Origin: a virus
Taxonomy: Duplodnaviria > Caudoviricetes
Length of the DNA stretch: 53,677 nucleotides
Virus record (IMG/VR): IMGVR_UViG_3300020195_000033
Span: 1 to 53,677 of that record
Strand: one strand, 5' to 3'
The notes below the pieces were generated by a model. The model saw nothing but the letters and a program-made list of their open reading frames with translations, did not search any database and was not told where the DNA came from. Of the stretch, positions 1 to 10,281 are shown one piece after another. Position numbers and translations under genes: made by a program. Every line of letters begins with the position of its first letter. Within the stretch, counting starts at the first letter, position 1.

Positions 1-867
1 GGTCCCTGCGCCACCGGCAGTCGGCGCGGTCGTCCCTGCTGTACCGCCAGCCCCCGAACTAGACACCCCGCCAGCACCGCCAACTTGGCCGACGTTCGCG
101 GAGCTGACCCCGCCGCCACCGCCGCCGCCAGCAGCAACTTCACCGAACCCCGAACCGCCTTTCGAGCCACCCGTGTTTGCCGTAGCCTGCCCGCCAACCC
201 CAGGCGGAGCGTCGACAGCTCCGAAGTTACCGTTACCGCTTTCGCCACCAACGATGATCGACCCGCTGCCGTCCCCGGCAGCCCCACCGCGTCCACCGCG
301 AGCGATGATCTTCGACCCGATGGACGAGTCTGTACCGGCAGCGCCCACGTTGCCGTTCGTCGAGTCGACAGCGACAGCGACACCACCTGCGCCGCCAGTT
401 GCCGAAACCGTAATAGCTTCCGACGCGGCGAGATCGGACAATCTGACTGTGCCGCTCATGCGCGCCCCGCCACCACCACCGCTGCCGCCCGCACGTTCCG
501 TCGACGTAGCCCCACGTCTACCCGACCCGCCACCGCCGCCAGCAGCACCGATAACGTAAGAACAGACGGTGTACCCAACCGGTTTCGTCCACGTCCCGAT
601 CCCGGTGAATATCTGAATGTTTGGAGCCACCGCAGCAGGAAGAACGATCGCGTTCACCAAACCCGCCTCGTCGGTGTACGACAGAGTGCTCGTCCCACCG
701 TTCCACTCCAACGTCGTCAGCCGCTCGCTGACCTTGCGACATACCCCACCCGTCGTCGCTACGAACTGGCTCGTCGACCCCGCAGGCGCAGTCGCATCAG
801 CGAACGCTTGAACGAACGCGCAAATCGCCGCGCTGTCAACATCGAGGGCTTCACCGCAACACGTCAT
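1..867 (-). CDS. Gly-rich minor tail/fibre protein, 5' part (runs off the left end; not in the ORF track)
   Basis: ATG at 867 (MTCCGEALD...), frame open to base 1. Contains IQIFTGIGTWTKPVG...GGGGGSGRRGA, paralogous to 52613..53563. Confidence 0.8.
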   Translation of the reverse strand, partial: MTCCGEALDVDSAAICAFVQAFADATAPAGSTSQFVATTGGVCRKVSERLTTLEWNGGTSTLSYTDEAGLVNAIVLPAAVAPNIQIFTGIGTWTKPVGYTVCSYVIGAAGGGGGSGRRGATSTERAGGSGGGGGARMSGTVRLSDLAASEAITVSATGGAGGVAVAVDSTNGNVGAAGTDSSIGSKIIARGGRGGAAGDGSGSIIVGGESGNGNFGAVDAPPGVGGQATANTGGSKGGSGFGEVAAGGGGGGGVSSANVGQVGGAGGVSSSGAGGTAGTTAPTAGGAGT

Positions 868-878
868 ATCAGCGGACT

Positions 879-1067
879 CTACACGACGACGGCACGCGCG
901 ACATGCGTAGCCCCCGCAACCGCGCGCGCTTCTAACTCCGTCGCATACGTCTCAGAGTGGTCGTCATACCCATCAAGATCGTCACGCGGGACAAGCACAT
1001 ACCGGATCGTGCGCCCTGACCGCAACACCCCAGCACCCCGCTGCACAGCACTTCCACAGCACGCCAT
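879..1067 (-). CDS. small Cys-leader virion-associated protein (MACCG...YATELEARA)
   Basis: Tightly packed in the tail operon; resembles 16238..16564. Confidence 0.6.
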   Translation of the reverse strand: MACCGSAVQRGAGVLRSGRTIRYVLVPRDDLDGYDDHSETYATELEARAVAGATHVARAVVV

Positions 1068-2168
1068 TCAGAGAACCTCCTCAAACCCGATCTTGCGAGT
1101 AGCAACCCCGTTGCTGACAGACCCCGACACGCTTGTCACCATCAGCTGCAAGTTACCGTGCGCGGTACTCACCGCCGCACACATACCAGGAGCGATACTG
1201 GTGAACTTCCAAGGCGCATCACACCCCACGACTGCCTCAAACGGCGAACTAGCTCCGTCTGTCGCGGTCGAGAACCGTGCCCGATCAGTCACCAAGGCCG
1301 TCGCAGCCGCTACGGCTGAATCGTCATCGAGATATGAGTCCTCTTCCAACAACCGCTCAATCAGCACCGGCCACACCGGGTGAACCCCACCAGCCGAACC
1401 TTCTACCCCGAGCGCCTCGTCGCCGTACACCGCGGCGTGTGTCGTGAAGGAATCCCCATCACGATTGAGAGAACTAAACTCCTTGAACTGATTGACGGTC
1501 ACAGGCGGCAACTGCGCAAGACAGTCATCAATGCAGAAGAACCGGATACTTCGACCGTGGACGCTCATGTGCATCAGCTTCCCGACGATCGTTTCCAGGT
1601 GCATTCTCCATGCCGTGTCGAACACGCCTCGCGACTTGCGTTCATGCAGAGTCGCGCACGGCGACACCACCATGTAAGCGAGCAGGTTCGGGTCGACGGG
1701 CGACAACGCGTTAGTCGCGATGAAGTTCACAATGTCTGATATCGGTTGCGGTGCCCCGGTGTAGTCGAAGTTGACATGAACGAACCTCAACGCGAACCAG
1801 TAGGGCGCGTCATACGCAACAATCTGCATCGTCCCCTTCCGTTGCAGCGGTAACGGCACATACCGACACGGCCCCGCGAACGCCAGCTCCCCATCGTCAG
1901 TAACACGCAGTTCGTGAGTGAACGGGTGCGCGTTCAACAGCGTGTCTGAACAGTTCTCGATCACCGCATTGGCAATGCCGAAACCATCGAGAGTGTGATC
2001 CCAAGTCAACGACTTGTAGGGCACGTCAGTTACTAACGCCGCATCTCCACCGACGTTGTAAACACCGACCTGAATACCAGATGATCGGCGGCGCGCCATT
2101 GAACGCGACGCCCCAGGGATAGGCGGCACGGTTCCAGCCCTTGGCCGGAACAGCAGCAGCAGGCTCAT
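1068..2168 (-). CDS. minor tail protein (siphovirus gp37-like hub)
   Basis: Tail-operon position and size; LTWDHTLDGFGIA...HELRVTDDGELAFAGP pattern typical of actinophage minor tail proteins. Confidence 0.65.
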   Translation of the reverse strand: MSLLLLFRPRAGTVPPIPGASRSMARRRSSGIQVGVYNVGGDAALVTDVPYKSLTWDHTLDGFGIANAVIENCSDTLLNAHPFTHELRVTDDGELAFAGPCRYVPLPLQRKGTMQIVAYDAPYWFALRFVHVNFDYTGAPQPISDIVNFIATNALSPVDPNLLAYMVVSPCATLHERKSRGVFDTAWRMHLETIVGKLMHMSVHGRSIRFFCIDDCLAQLPPVTVNQFKEFSSLNRDGDSFTTHAAVYGDEALGVEGSAGGVHPVWPVLIERLLEEDSYLDDDSAVAAATALVTDRARFSTATDGASSPFEAVVGCDAPWKFTSIAPGMCAAVSTAHGNLQLMVTSVSGSVSNGVATRKIGFEEVL

Positions 2169-2190
2169 CGGTTACCCACCAAACTCATTG

Positions 2191-2445
2191 CTACTCGGTA
2201 GCAGCGACAGCCACGGGGATGTCGGCTAGTTCCGACTTGTGGACAGCGACCGCTACACCAATGACCTGCAACGCTTCGTCTGACCGGGTGACACCCTCCG
2301 TGTTGTTGGTGGCCTCAGCGACCAGCCGGTTGAGGTGGTGTTGGTAGGCTTCGCTGGCGAATTGGAGTAGCCGCTGGTTCAGGATGTCGGTTTTCATTCC
2401 GTCCGTGAGCAGCGACACGTCGGGTGGTGCGATCTTGTCGGCCAT
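2191..2445 (-). CDS. small hypothetical protein downstream of the tail fibre
   Basis: AAGGAG SD before ATG 2445 (MADKIAPP), so start re-called from 2514. Confidence 0.6.
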   Translation of the reverse strand: MADKIAPPDVSLLTDGMKTDILNQRLLQFASEAYQHHLNRLVAEATNNTEGVTRSDEALQVIGVAVAVHKSELADIPVAVAATE

Positions 2446-2548
2446 CGCGGTCTCCTTCTTGGATTGTTGGGGTTTCATCGGGTGTACCAGGCGTAGGTCA
2501 TGCACAGCGACCATACGGCGGTTGAGAATCCGAGAGCGAACGCGATCA

Positions 2549-3667
2549 TCAGTTGACGGCGATGATATGCCAGTTGGCGTTATCGGAGACGACGGTCACG
2601 AACTTGTATTGTGCCGTCAGGACGTAGGTTGTTGCGCCGTCGATGGTTTGCGAGGCGGTTGTTGCGACGGTTGTGTTGTTGGCGGATGCGTCGGTTCGTT
2701 TGATTGTGTACTGCCGTCCGGTGCAACCGATTGCGGTGGGAAGGGTGACGGCGTGCGCTCCGGCGGTTGCGTCGGATGTGATGATCGAGTCTGTCGCTGT
2801 GATCGGGTAGGCGGCGATCTTGTGTGCGTAGGCGGTAGCGATCGGGCCTGCAACATGCAACCTGGATGTAGGTGCGGTTTGACCGATACCGGTGTTGCCT
2901 CGCAGCAACGTTTCTGTGACGGAACTATTTCCGAGCACCACCTGATTAGATGCCGTCGTGAACGCCTGATAACCCAACGCCATCGAGTTTGTGGCCGTCA
3001 CCAGTTGCGAAGCATTGTAGCCAGCGTCGGCACCCAGGAAAGAGTTGGTGGACCCTGTGGTTATTGAACGGCCAGCGTTCGCACCGACAGCAGCGTTGTT
3101 GGCACCGGTCGTGTTCAAGTTGAGAGCGCTCACACCGACAGCAGCGTTGTTGGCACCGGTCGTGTTCAAGTTGAGAGCGCTCACACCGACAGCAGCGTTG
3201 TTGGCACCGGTCGTGTTCAAGTTGAGAGCGCTCACACCGACAGCAGCGTTGTTGCTGCCGGTCGTGTTGTACCTGAGCGCGTTCACACCGACAGCAGCGT
3301 TGCTGCCGCCGGTCGTGTTCAAGTTGAGAGCGTTCACACCGACAGCCGAGTTGTTTGCACCGGTCATTGTCAGGTTGCCGGAATTACCGAAGAAAAAGCT
3401 GTTGAGCGCAGTCAACCCCCGCACAACGTTCACACCGTTATATCGGTAAGCCGAACCTGACACAATGTCGATCTCACCCGCAGCAGTGATCTTCGCCAGC
3501 ACCGTCGCCGCCGAACTCTGAACCTGCAACAGATCAGCCGATTGTGCAGCAGCACCCTGGACGATCACCGGGACGGCAGCCGCCGTCGCAGGCAGAAACG
3601 TGTTCGGTCCGGCAGTGAACGTGTTAGCCAACCCGAGGATCTGATCGTAGGGCGTGTAGACCGGCAT
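2549..3667 (-). CDS. tail fibre/spike with 17-aa beta-helix-type repeats
   Basis: Repeats TTGANNAAVGVSALNLN; GNTGIGQTAPTSRLHVAG shoulder motif; C-terminal VTLPTA...YTIKRTD...SQTIDG domain. Confidence 0.8.
   Translation of the reverse strand: MPVYTPYDQILGLANTFTAGPNTFLPATAAAVPVIVQGAAAQSADLLQVQSSAATVLAKITAAGEIDIVSGSAYRYNGVNVVRGLTALNSFFFGNSGNLTMTGANNSAVGVNALNLNTTGGSNAAVGVNALRYNTTGSNNAAVGVSALNLNTTGANNAAVGVSALNLNTTGANNAAVGVSALNLNTTGANNAAVGANAGRSITTGSTNSFLGADAGYNASQLVTATNSMALGYQAFTTASNQVVLGNSSVTETLLRGNTGIGQTAPTSRLHVAGPIATAYAHKIAAYPITATDSIITSDATAGAHAVTLPTAIGCTGRQYTIKRTDASANNTTVATTASQTIDGATTYVLTAQYKFVTVVSDNANWHIIAVN
3082..3365. repeat. 51-bp tandem repeat: 3 identical copies plus about 2.5 degenerate copies
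   Basis: Unit caccgacagcagcgttgttggcaccggtcgtgttcaagttgagagcgctca at 3082, 3133 and 3184. Confidence 0.9.
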
Positions 3668-4272
3668 CAGGCTGTCATCTCCGTGATGTACACCGAACCA
3701 GACGAATTAACAGACCAGATACCGTCAATCGCACCTGTGAACACGGGGCTGGGTAACTCCAAGATAGCTCCGGCAACCAGCTTGTACGTGTAACTTGTCA
3801 CGCTTGCTGTCGCACCAAACTTCACGTAAAGAACCGACGTGGAGTCGTTCGTGAAGATCGCCCCCATGCGAGACGTGTTCGCTCCCAACAACGAGACACT
3901 CGCTGCCGAATCAGGCACAGCGGACAACGTCGCGGTCGACGCACGACCCGGCAGCATGAACTGTTGACCACGACGATCAGCAGCCAGCGACACCATGTCA
4001 CCATCAGCGGACATTGCTGTCGGGTTCGCGTTCGACGCGCGAGCACCAACCCTGAGCGTGTTGCCGCTGATTGCAGCATCGTCGGCGACACCGGCAAGAA
4101 CACTCCCAGTCTCACCAGCAACCGGCATACCCGAACTGGTGGTGACTTTCGTGAACACCCCGTCCGCACCAAACTCGTTCTTCACATACTGATGCTGCGC
4201 AGTGCCGTCATCATCCGTGGCGACCGGGTAGTCGGTGAGAACACCATTGTCGACGAGAACGTTGTCAGCCAT
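3667..4272 (-). CDS. virion structural protein
   Basis: ATDDDGTAQHQYVKNEFGADG N-terminal motif; beta-rich C-terminal domain; tail-operon position. Confidence 0.6.
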   Translation of the reverse strand: MADNVLVDNGVLTDYPVATDDDGTAQHQYVKNEFGADGVFTKVTTSSGMPVAGETGSVLAGVADDAAISGNTLRVGARASNANPTAMSADGDMVSLAADRRGQQFMLPGRASTATLSAVPDSAASVSLLGANTSRMGAIFTNDSTSVLYVKFGATASVTSYTYKLVAGAILELPSPVFTGAIDGIWSVNSSGSVYITEMTA

Positions 4273-4291
4273 TGCGAAAATCTATCACGAC

Positions 4292-5614
4292 TTACGGCTC
4301 GACTTCGCGAGCAAGAATCTGGATCGTCGCATCCGGCCCGGTCGCCGCGCCATCAGAGCGGATACCGATGACGTACTTGCATGACGGGAGCCGTAGACAC
4401 GGATCGTGGAATCGGCCACCGACCCCAGCAAACACCGACGCACCGTTGACCGGTCTGATACCAGGCTGCTCGACACGCACTCCGCACATATCGCGCGTCA
4501 GTCGTGCACGCGCCGGAACGTAGGAAATCGAGAACCCGTTGCACGGGTTGCAGTCGTTGTAAAGCCCAGACGAATAGTCGTGCACCCCGAACTGTGGCCA
4601 GATCAGCACTTCCAAGTTCTGCAACTGCACCGACCCCGCGTTGACGATCACTTCCAGCTCGGAATCGAAAGTGCGGCCACCAAGATCAATGACGAAATAC
4701 TGCTCCGCACGGAACAGTGGCGGGCAGAAGCATGAAACTGTCGAATCCGCGGGCGGTACAAGAATGGGTGACGAGCAGTTCGGGTCCACCAAGAAGTCCG
4801 AAGCCTCGACACATTCAATCGTCGCGCAGGGCACCAGCACGCAATCGTTCAGCCCACCGACCGGTAACGCCGTCAGCGGCAGGAACTCGTAGCTGTCCAA
4901 GAACAGGTCCGCGTTAGCTTGCATCGTGAACATGATCCGAGTCAACGGCTTACACCCGCACGTCCCACACGAAATCCCCGACCCTTCAAGCACAGAAGGC
5001 TGCTCGACCATCTTCGCGTTCACCAACGTGCGCCACGGCGAAGTCGTCTCAGCCGGAGGCACCCACGACCCGCACGCAGACGGAACCTCTTGCGGGATAC
5101 ACGACATGAACCGCAACCGCGAACCTGAACACTGGGAGTCCCCGCAGCACCCGGCGAGTACCTTGCGGAGCGCGCGTAACCCAAACGCGACAGAGCAACA
5201 CGACAGCCCATGCAGGATCGCCTCGAAAGTCAGCGTGTACCCGTTCGACACGACAGGCTCGAACCCGATCGAGTTATCACAACGCGCGGTCGGATACGAC
5301 GTAACAGTCTGCGTGTTCGCTTCCAACCCGCTGACCTTTGTGACCTGCATCCCGAGGAAACTCGCGGACTCAGGACGGTTCACATCCCACCACCATGCGT
5401 CGTCGTCGACCGGATTCGTGTACGGCCCGAACGTGTACGGCGTCGACTCCCCCGCGGTCGGCATCCACGGCTCCACATCAGGGCAACACGCGTTACGAAC
5501 CTTCCCCGCGTTCACGCTATGAGCCTTCACATAGGCGAGGGTGCGCGCACAGTTCCACAGATCGAAGAACCCGTTGCGGTTACAACCGAAGAACCCGATC
5601 GCCTCAGCCGTCAC
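4292..5614 (-). CDS. Cys-rich minor (distal) tail protein
   Basis: Directly after the tape measure gene with GTGA coupling at 5611-5614; 26 Cys counted. Confidence 0.7.
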   Translation of the reverse strand: MTAEAIGFFGCNRNGFFDLWNCARTLAYVKAHSVNAGKVRNACCPDVEPWMPTAGESTPYTFGPYTNPVDDDAWWWDVNRPESASFLGMQVTKVSGLEANTQTVTSYPTARCDNSIGFEPVVSNGYTLTFEAILHGLSCCSVAFGLRALRKVLAGCCGDSQCSGSRLRFMSCIPQEVPSACGSWVPPAETTSPWRTLVNAKMVEQPSVLEGSGISCGTCGCKPLTRIMFTMQANADLFLDSYEFLPLTALPVGGLNDCVLVPCATIECVEASDFLVDPNCSSPILVPPADSTVSCFCPPLFRAEQYFVIDLGGRTFDSELEVIVNAGSVQLQNLEVLIWPQFGVHDYSSGLYNDCNPCNGFSISYVPARARLTRDMCGVRVEQPGIRPVNGASVFAGVGGRFHDPCLRLPSCKYVIGIRSDGAATGPDATIQILAREVEP

Positions 5615-8600
5615 CCGTCCACCATCCTCGCCTTGTTCGCCCACCAAATCTTAGCCGCAGCATTCTCCGCCGAACCCCCGACAGCCTGCACCGTAATCGG
5701 TGGCATCTTCGCGACCGCTTCCGCGACCTTCCCGAGTCTGCGTGTCATCGCATCCACACGCGCGACTAGCGGCGACAAGTCCTGCACCGCTACAGCCGCA
5801 GGCGTCGCGTGAGCCTGACCGAGCATTCGACCGGTCTCCTTCCAGATCGCTACCGAACGATCACGCCACTTCGGAGCCATCGAAATGAACGCCTCACCCT
5901 GTGTCGACGGTTCCCCATACATCCAATGCGGTCCCTGAGCAGCCTGTGCCGCGCCGATGAAATGCGGTGCTGTCGCCTGCAACAACCCGCCAGCCTCAAA
6001 CCGGCGGATGACACCGCCAGCCTCAAACGGACCGCCGAACCGCAAGTCCCTCATCTGCCGCTCAAACTTCGACGAATCAGCCTCTAGGACGACCCGTAGC
6101 GTCCGCTCTGCGGTGACCTGGGCTACCAACGCCAGAATCTTCCGTTCAACTTCAGCAGAGGCTTCAGGGTCCATTTCGGGAGTGATCTCAGGGAAGTAGC
6201 CGCCCTCATTGAGCTGTGCGAGCGCATCAAGTTGCGCCTGAGCATCATCGAGTTTCCCAGCGTCAATGTTCGCCTGAATCGACGCCGCGATCACCGGCGA
6301 CTGCTTCGCAAGCTCAGATACCGCCGCGGTCATCGCTATAGCAGATTGCTCGTCCAGCACAGTCTTGAACGTGACCTCGTTCGCCCCATACGCACCCGAC
6401 GCGAGCGCATCATTGAACGTCTGAACGTCACCGCCCGCCTTCACGAAGTCGGCGCGCAGTTGGTCGATATTCGCGCTGAACCGCGCCTCAGCTAAGAGCG
6501 GGTCGCCCGACTCGTCGTAAATCGCCTGCGCTTCAGCAGTGAACAGGCCGATCGCTGACGCTAACGCCGCCTGATTATCACGACCTACAGCGAATGTCGG
6601 GTCGAGCGTCACCCCGATCTTGCGCTGCTTCGTGAACACTGAGTCCTTGCCGTCTAGCTTGTCGATCAACTCCTCAACTGCTGCTGTCGCTTCACGCAAG
6701 CTGATCTTCTTCCCGTTCAGCTTGTCCAGTTCCTCACTCACGCCTTTCAACGCCACGGACGCACGCTCAGACGGTGTAGCGAGCGCGCCGACCGCCGTGA
6801 TAAGCCCCGTAAAATCAGTCGTGCGGGTGTCGTCCAGCAGCCCCTTTGCCTCAGCCAGTTTCGTGAGGAACAGATCAAGTTGCCCCTGTGTCGTGATGAA
6901 CTCGACGTTGCCGATCTCCTTGAAGTTCGCGAGCAGTTTCGCTGCAACCGGATCAGACGCAGCTAGCGCTTCGACTGACGATCGAATACCACTTCCGAGT
7001 AGCTCGAACGTCTCAGTCGTGAACAATCCCGCTACTTGCAGCGCGCCGAACGCGCCGGTCAGACGGCGCGTAGCATGGTCAGAGGCTATAACCCCGTTGT
7101 TCAGATCGGCGTAGGCGCGTACGGCGCTGGCAGCTTGAGCGTCAGTCGGGAACACTCCCGAGAAATCCGTACCGCCCTTGCGGACAGCTTCCAAGAAAGC
7201 CAACGTCTTGTCTTGCGGGACGCCAATGGCTATGAGCGCCTGCTCAGCAGACGTGAACCCTTCCCTGAGAGCTAATGAAGAGGCTCGTATATCTTCCGGG
7301 GTCCCGAAGATTGAAAGTCCCGCGCCTGAGGGAAGTTCGATCTCCCGCAAGCCGAGCAGAGCGTCGTTCAGAATCCCGAGTGTCGTCTTGGCAAGTTCCC
7401 CGTTCTCGACGAGCAGCGCCAGCGCGTCGGCATCACTACCTAACGCAGAAATGTTCTCGATCAGCGCGTCAGTGACGCCTTCAGTGGCGGCTCGAAACGC
7501 TTTCTGTTGCTCGCTGGGGCCGTCGTCGCGAAACAGAAGGAACGCTGTCGTTGCCCCAGCTATCAGCAGTGTCAGCGGCCCAAGTGCACTCGCCGCGAGG
7601 GTCGCCCCGGTAGCAAACTCCGCGCCGAGAGTGACCACAGCAGTCCCGAGAGCGACAGCCGAGAGCGTGGCCGCGATAGTAGCGACTTGCCATACGATCA
7701 AGGCGTAAGTAAGTGCTTCGATTACCCCAACAGGGATAATTCCGATCACAGTCCCAAGCGCTTCGACGACTGTTGCGAACACTTCCAAGATCGGCGCGCC
7801 CGCATCGACCGCTACGAGTAACACTTCCAAGACGGTGACGAGCGGGTCGATCAGACGCGTGAGCAGCGGCAGACCTTTAGTGATAAGCGGACCGATCACC
7901 GTGAGCAACCGTCCGAACCCGTCGCCTACAGCCTCAATGAACGGGATCAGACGCGGCGCGGCGTTAGTCACGATCGAAGTCAGCGCCTTGCTCACCGTCG
8001 AGAACACGCCTTCAAGCTCCCCACCAATCTGCGCCGCGGAACCGAATACGTCGACAACGGTGCCCACAGACAGCGCCAGCGGGGTGAACGATCCGCGTGC
8101 GAGGATGGAGATGTTGTCTTTCAAGGTCGAGATTCGACCGTTGAGCGTCACTGACTGTCGTTCCATCGCCCCAGCAGCGCCAGGAAACTCGCGCATCCCT
8201 TGAATGAGGGCTTTGATCGCAGTGTCAGCGTCGAGAGAACCTGACTCGATCTTCTTTGTAGTCTCCTGCAACGTCAGCCCAAGCCCGGTTGCGATCGCTT
8301 GCGCAGCGTTGAAACCGGGGAGTGCCTCACGGATCTGATTCAGTTCTTGCGTCGCGACTTTGCCTTTGCCCTGAATCTGAGAAATCGCCAAGATCACACG
8401 GTCTACCGCGACAGTTCCTTGACCGAGAGTCGCTGCTACGTCACCGATAACGCCGAGCGTCGGTATCAGTTCGTTTCGGAACCCGCGCCCAAACGACGAC
8501 AGTAGTTTCTGCGCTGCACCAGTCAACTGCTCGAACTCGAACGGAGTCTTAGCTGCGAACGTCTGCAGATCACCAAGGAAGTCGTTGGCGATATCAGCGT

Positions 8601-9117
8601 TCTGGAACAAGCCGGTGAACGCGACTTGTACCTGCTCGAACGATGCGACAGTCTGAACAGCAAAGGTGCCGATCGCCCGCGATGCGTTCTTCAACGCGTT
8701 CAGCAGAAACCCTGTACCGACTGTTATCGCCAACGTCTTCGCGATCGAAAGAACGCGAGATAGACCACCTTCAGCGGCATCGGTGTCAGCGGCGACATGC
8801 ACAATCGGACGAACACGATCGACACGCTCTGCGGTCTGCTCGACCCCTACGAGCTTCGCTTGCGCATCCCCGCCAAGAGTCGCAGACGGCTGAGCATGAA
8901 CACGATCGACCAGCCCGAGCGACTTCCGAAGATCATCAAGCCGCCGACTGGCAATATCGACCCTCGACGTATCGACCTGCGGCGTGATCTTCGCCGCACG
9001 GTCAATGTCTCTGACCGCGTTCGTGATGCGGTTCTTGATCGAGTCAATGTCGCCGCGCAGCCGCGTGTCATCCGTGCGCAGCGTGATAACTGCCTTGCCT
9101 ACTTCACGATCAGCCAC
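5611..9117 (-). CDS. tape measure protein
   Basis: 1168 aa, Ala/Gly/Leu-rich; FAAKTPFEF and LNGRISTLKDN motifs; C-terminal FEAGG...GEP..GEAFI. Confidence 0.92.
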   Translation of the reverse strand: MADREVGKAVITLRTDDTRLRGDIDSIKNRITNAVRDIDRAAKITPQVDTSRVDIASRRLDDLRKSLGLVDRVHAQPSATLGGDAQAKLVGVEQTAERVDRVRPIVHVAADTDAAEGGLSRVLSIAKTLAITVGTGFLLNALKNASRAIGTFAVQTVASFEQVQVAFTGLFQNADIANDFLGDLQTFAAKTPFEFEQLTGAAQKLLSSFGRGFRNELIPTLGVIGDVAATLGQGTVAVDRVILAISQIQGKGKVATQELNQIREALPGFNAAQAIATGLGLTLQETTKKIESGSLDADTAIKALIQGMREFPGAAGAMERQSVTLNGRISTLKDNISILARGSFTPLALSVGTVVDVFGSAAQIGGELEGVFSTVSKALTSIVTNAAPRLIPFIEAVGDGFGRLLTVIGPLITKGLPLLTRLIDPLVTVLEVLLVAVDAGAPILEVFATVVEALGTVIGIIPVGVIEALTYALIVWQVATIAATLSAVALGTAVVTLGAEFATGATLAASALGPLTLLIAGATTAFLLFRDDGPSEQQKAFRAATEGVTDALIENISALGSDADALALLVENGELAKTTLGILNDALLGLREIELPSGAGLSIFGTPEDIRASSLALREGFTSAEQALIAIGVPQDKTLAFLEAVRKGGTDFSGVFPTDAQAASAVRAYADLNNGVIASDHATRRLTGAFGALQVAGLFTTETFELLGSGIRSSVEALAASDPVAAKLLANFKEIGNVEFITTQGQLDLFLTKLAEAKGLLDDTRTTDFTGLITAVGALATPSERASVALKGVSEELDKLNGKKISLREATAAVEELIDKLDGKDSVFTKQRKIGVTLDPTFAVGRDNQAALASAIGLFTAEAQAIYDESGDPLLAEARFSANIDQLRADFVKAGGDVQTFNDALASGAYGANEVTFKTVLDEQSAIAMTAAVSELAKQSPVIAASIQANIDAGKLDDAQAQLDALAQLNEGGYFPEITPEMDPEASAEVERKILALVAQVTAERTLRVVLEADSSKFERQMRDLRFGGPFEAGGVIRRFEAGGLLQATAPHFIGAAQAAQGPHWMYGEPSTQGEAFISMAPKWRDRSVAIWKETGRMLGQAHATPAAVAVQDLSPLVARVDAMTRRLGKVAEAVAKMPPITVQAVGGSAENAAAKIWWANKARMVDG

Positions 9118-9424
9118 CAGTCACCCCCGGCATGGGCACCCCGAGTGACCGCAGCAGGTCCTCATCCTCGCGGGCGGTGATCTGCTCCACGGTCAATTGG
9201 CTATCAGGAATCGTCGAGAGCCAAGCCACTCGCTCACTGTAGGTCATCGGCTTCACTTCATCGTCGCTATCGGGCGTCGCGTTCTGCAACATGCGCATCA
9301 CAAGAACGTCAAGCGCGAGCACATTCGGAAGATCAAGCCAGCCGTCGACGTGCGGAATCATCGCCGCGTCGTAGGCGGGGTCCTGCGCTAGATCAGTTAG
9401 CCGCGGGACCCATTCTGAGGGAAA
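9110..9424 (-). CDS. tail assembly chaperone, -1 frameshift extension (gpT-like)
   Basis: Open -1 frame overlapping the end of 9397..9888 and ending at the tape measure start; slippery T TTC CCT at 9424-9418. Confidence 0.6.
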   Translation of the reverse strand, partial: FPSEWVPRLTDLAQDPAYDAAMIPHVDGWLDLPNVLALDVLVMRMLQNATPDSDDEVKPMTYSERVAWLSTIPDSQLTVEQITAREDEDLLRSLGVPMPGVTGG

Positions 9425-9888
9425 GCGCCAGTCAACGCCTCCGTCAACGACTTCCCGGTCACGTCTTTGGCAAACCTGAATAGTTGACCGAGAGACGAGA
9501 TCGACCATGTATCGAGCATCAGCGCCTCGGTGTCCGTCAGCATCGCATTGCATCCCCGCACCAGGTCATTCGCCAGTTCGTCCTCGAACCCGCGTGCAGC
9601 TTCCTCCTGCGCCAGATCGCTCATCCGTTCCGGCACCGGGACAGCCTTCTCGCCGCTGTCGATCGCATCCTTGTTAGCACGCTCGACAGCAGTAGCAGCA
9701 CGATCAGATTCGATCGCATCGGTCGAGAGTTTCTGCATCTTCCCCAAGAGCCTGCTGTGAGCAACCTCCACATCAGAAAGTGTGCGCTGCTGGCCCCGAG
9801 ACAGAACCCGACGAACCTTCACCGACACGCCTTCAGCGAACGGCACGATAGTCACGCCGAACATGGCATCAAGATCATCCTTGCTCAT
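9397..9888 (-). CDS. tail assembly chaperone (gpG-like)
   Basis: Upstream of the tape measure gene; AAGGAG SD; overlapping -1 frame ORF. Confidence 0.7.
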   Translation of the reverse strand: MSKDDLDAMFGVTIVPFAEGVSVKVRRVLSRGQQRTLSDVEVAHSRLLGKMQKLSTDAIESDRAATAVERANKDAIDSGEKAVPVPERMSDLAQEEAARGFEDELANDLVRGCNAMLTDTEALMLDTWSISSLGQLFRFAKDVTGKSLTEALTGAFPQNGSRG

Positions 9889-9912
9889 TTACAACTCTCC
9901 TTGTGTGTGGGA

Positions 9913-10281
9913 CTAGCGAGATTGTACTCGCAACCCGAATCTACGCGCACCCCGCACAAGATATCTATTCGCTGCTACCGGGCCGACACGTTTCGTAAAC
10001 ACCCGTTGACCGGTCAGCCGGTCGATCCACGTCAGCACCCCGCCAGGCTTCCGCGGCAGAATCACCCCATGACCCTCATGTACGACCACCGCGTACGACG
10101 CGTCAGCGAACAGCTCTGCTTGACGTTTCCCTGTACGAGACACGTTCACAGAACCGCGCAGCCCGCCCTGATCTACCGGTGTTTCAGCTTGCACCGCTTT
10201 GCGTAGATCAGCAGCGTTGTCGGCGTACCACTGATCCCACGCGATATTCGCGACCTTCTCGAAATCAATCTCTGTCGCCAT
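9913..10281 (-). CDS. HK97 gp10-like neck/tail-completion protein
   Basis: TPVDQGGLRGS...YAVVVHEGHG motif. Confidence 0.75.
   Translation of the reverse strand: MATEIDFEKVANIAWDQWYADNAADLRKAVQAETPVDQGGLRGSVNVSRTGKRQAELFADASYAVVVHEGHGVILPRKPGGVLTWIDRLTGQRVFTKRVGPVAANRYLVRGARRFGLRVQSR

Noticed and set aside
85-1383. 432-aa plus-strand ORF
   Set aside because: Shadow of minus-strand tail genes; Arg/Thr/Ala-rich with no motifs and no SD, unlike the antisense ORF in the intein.
3082-3365. Regular repeats as a CRISPR array
   Set aside because: No spacers; these are in-frame coding repeats and no cas genes are present.
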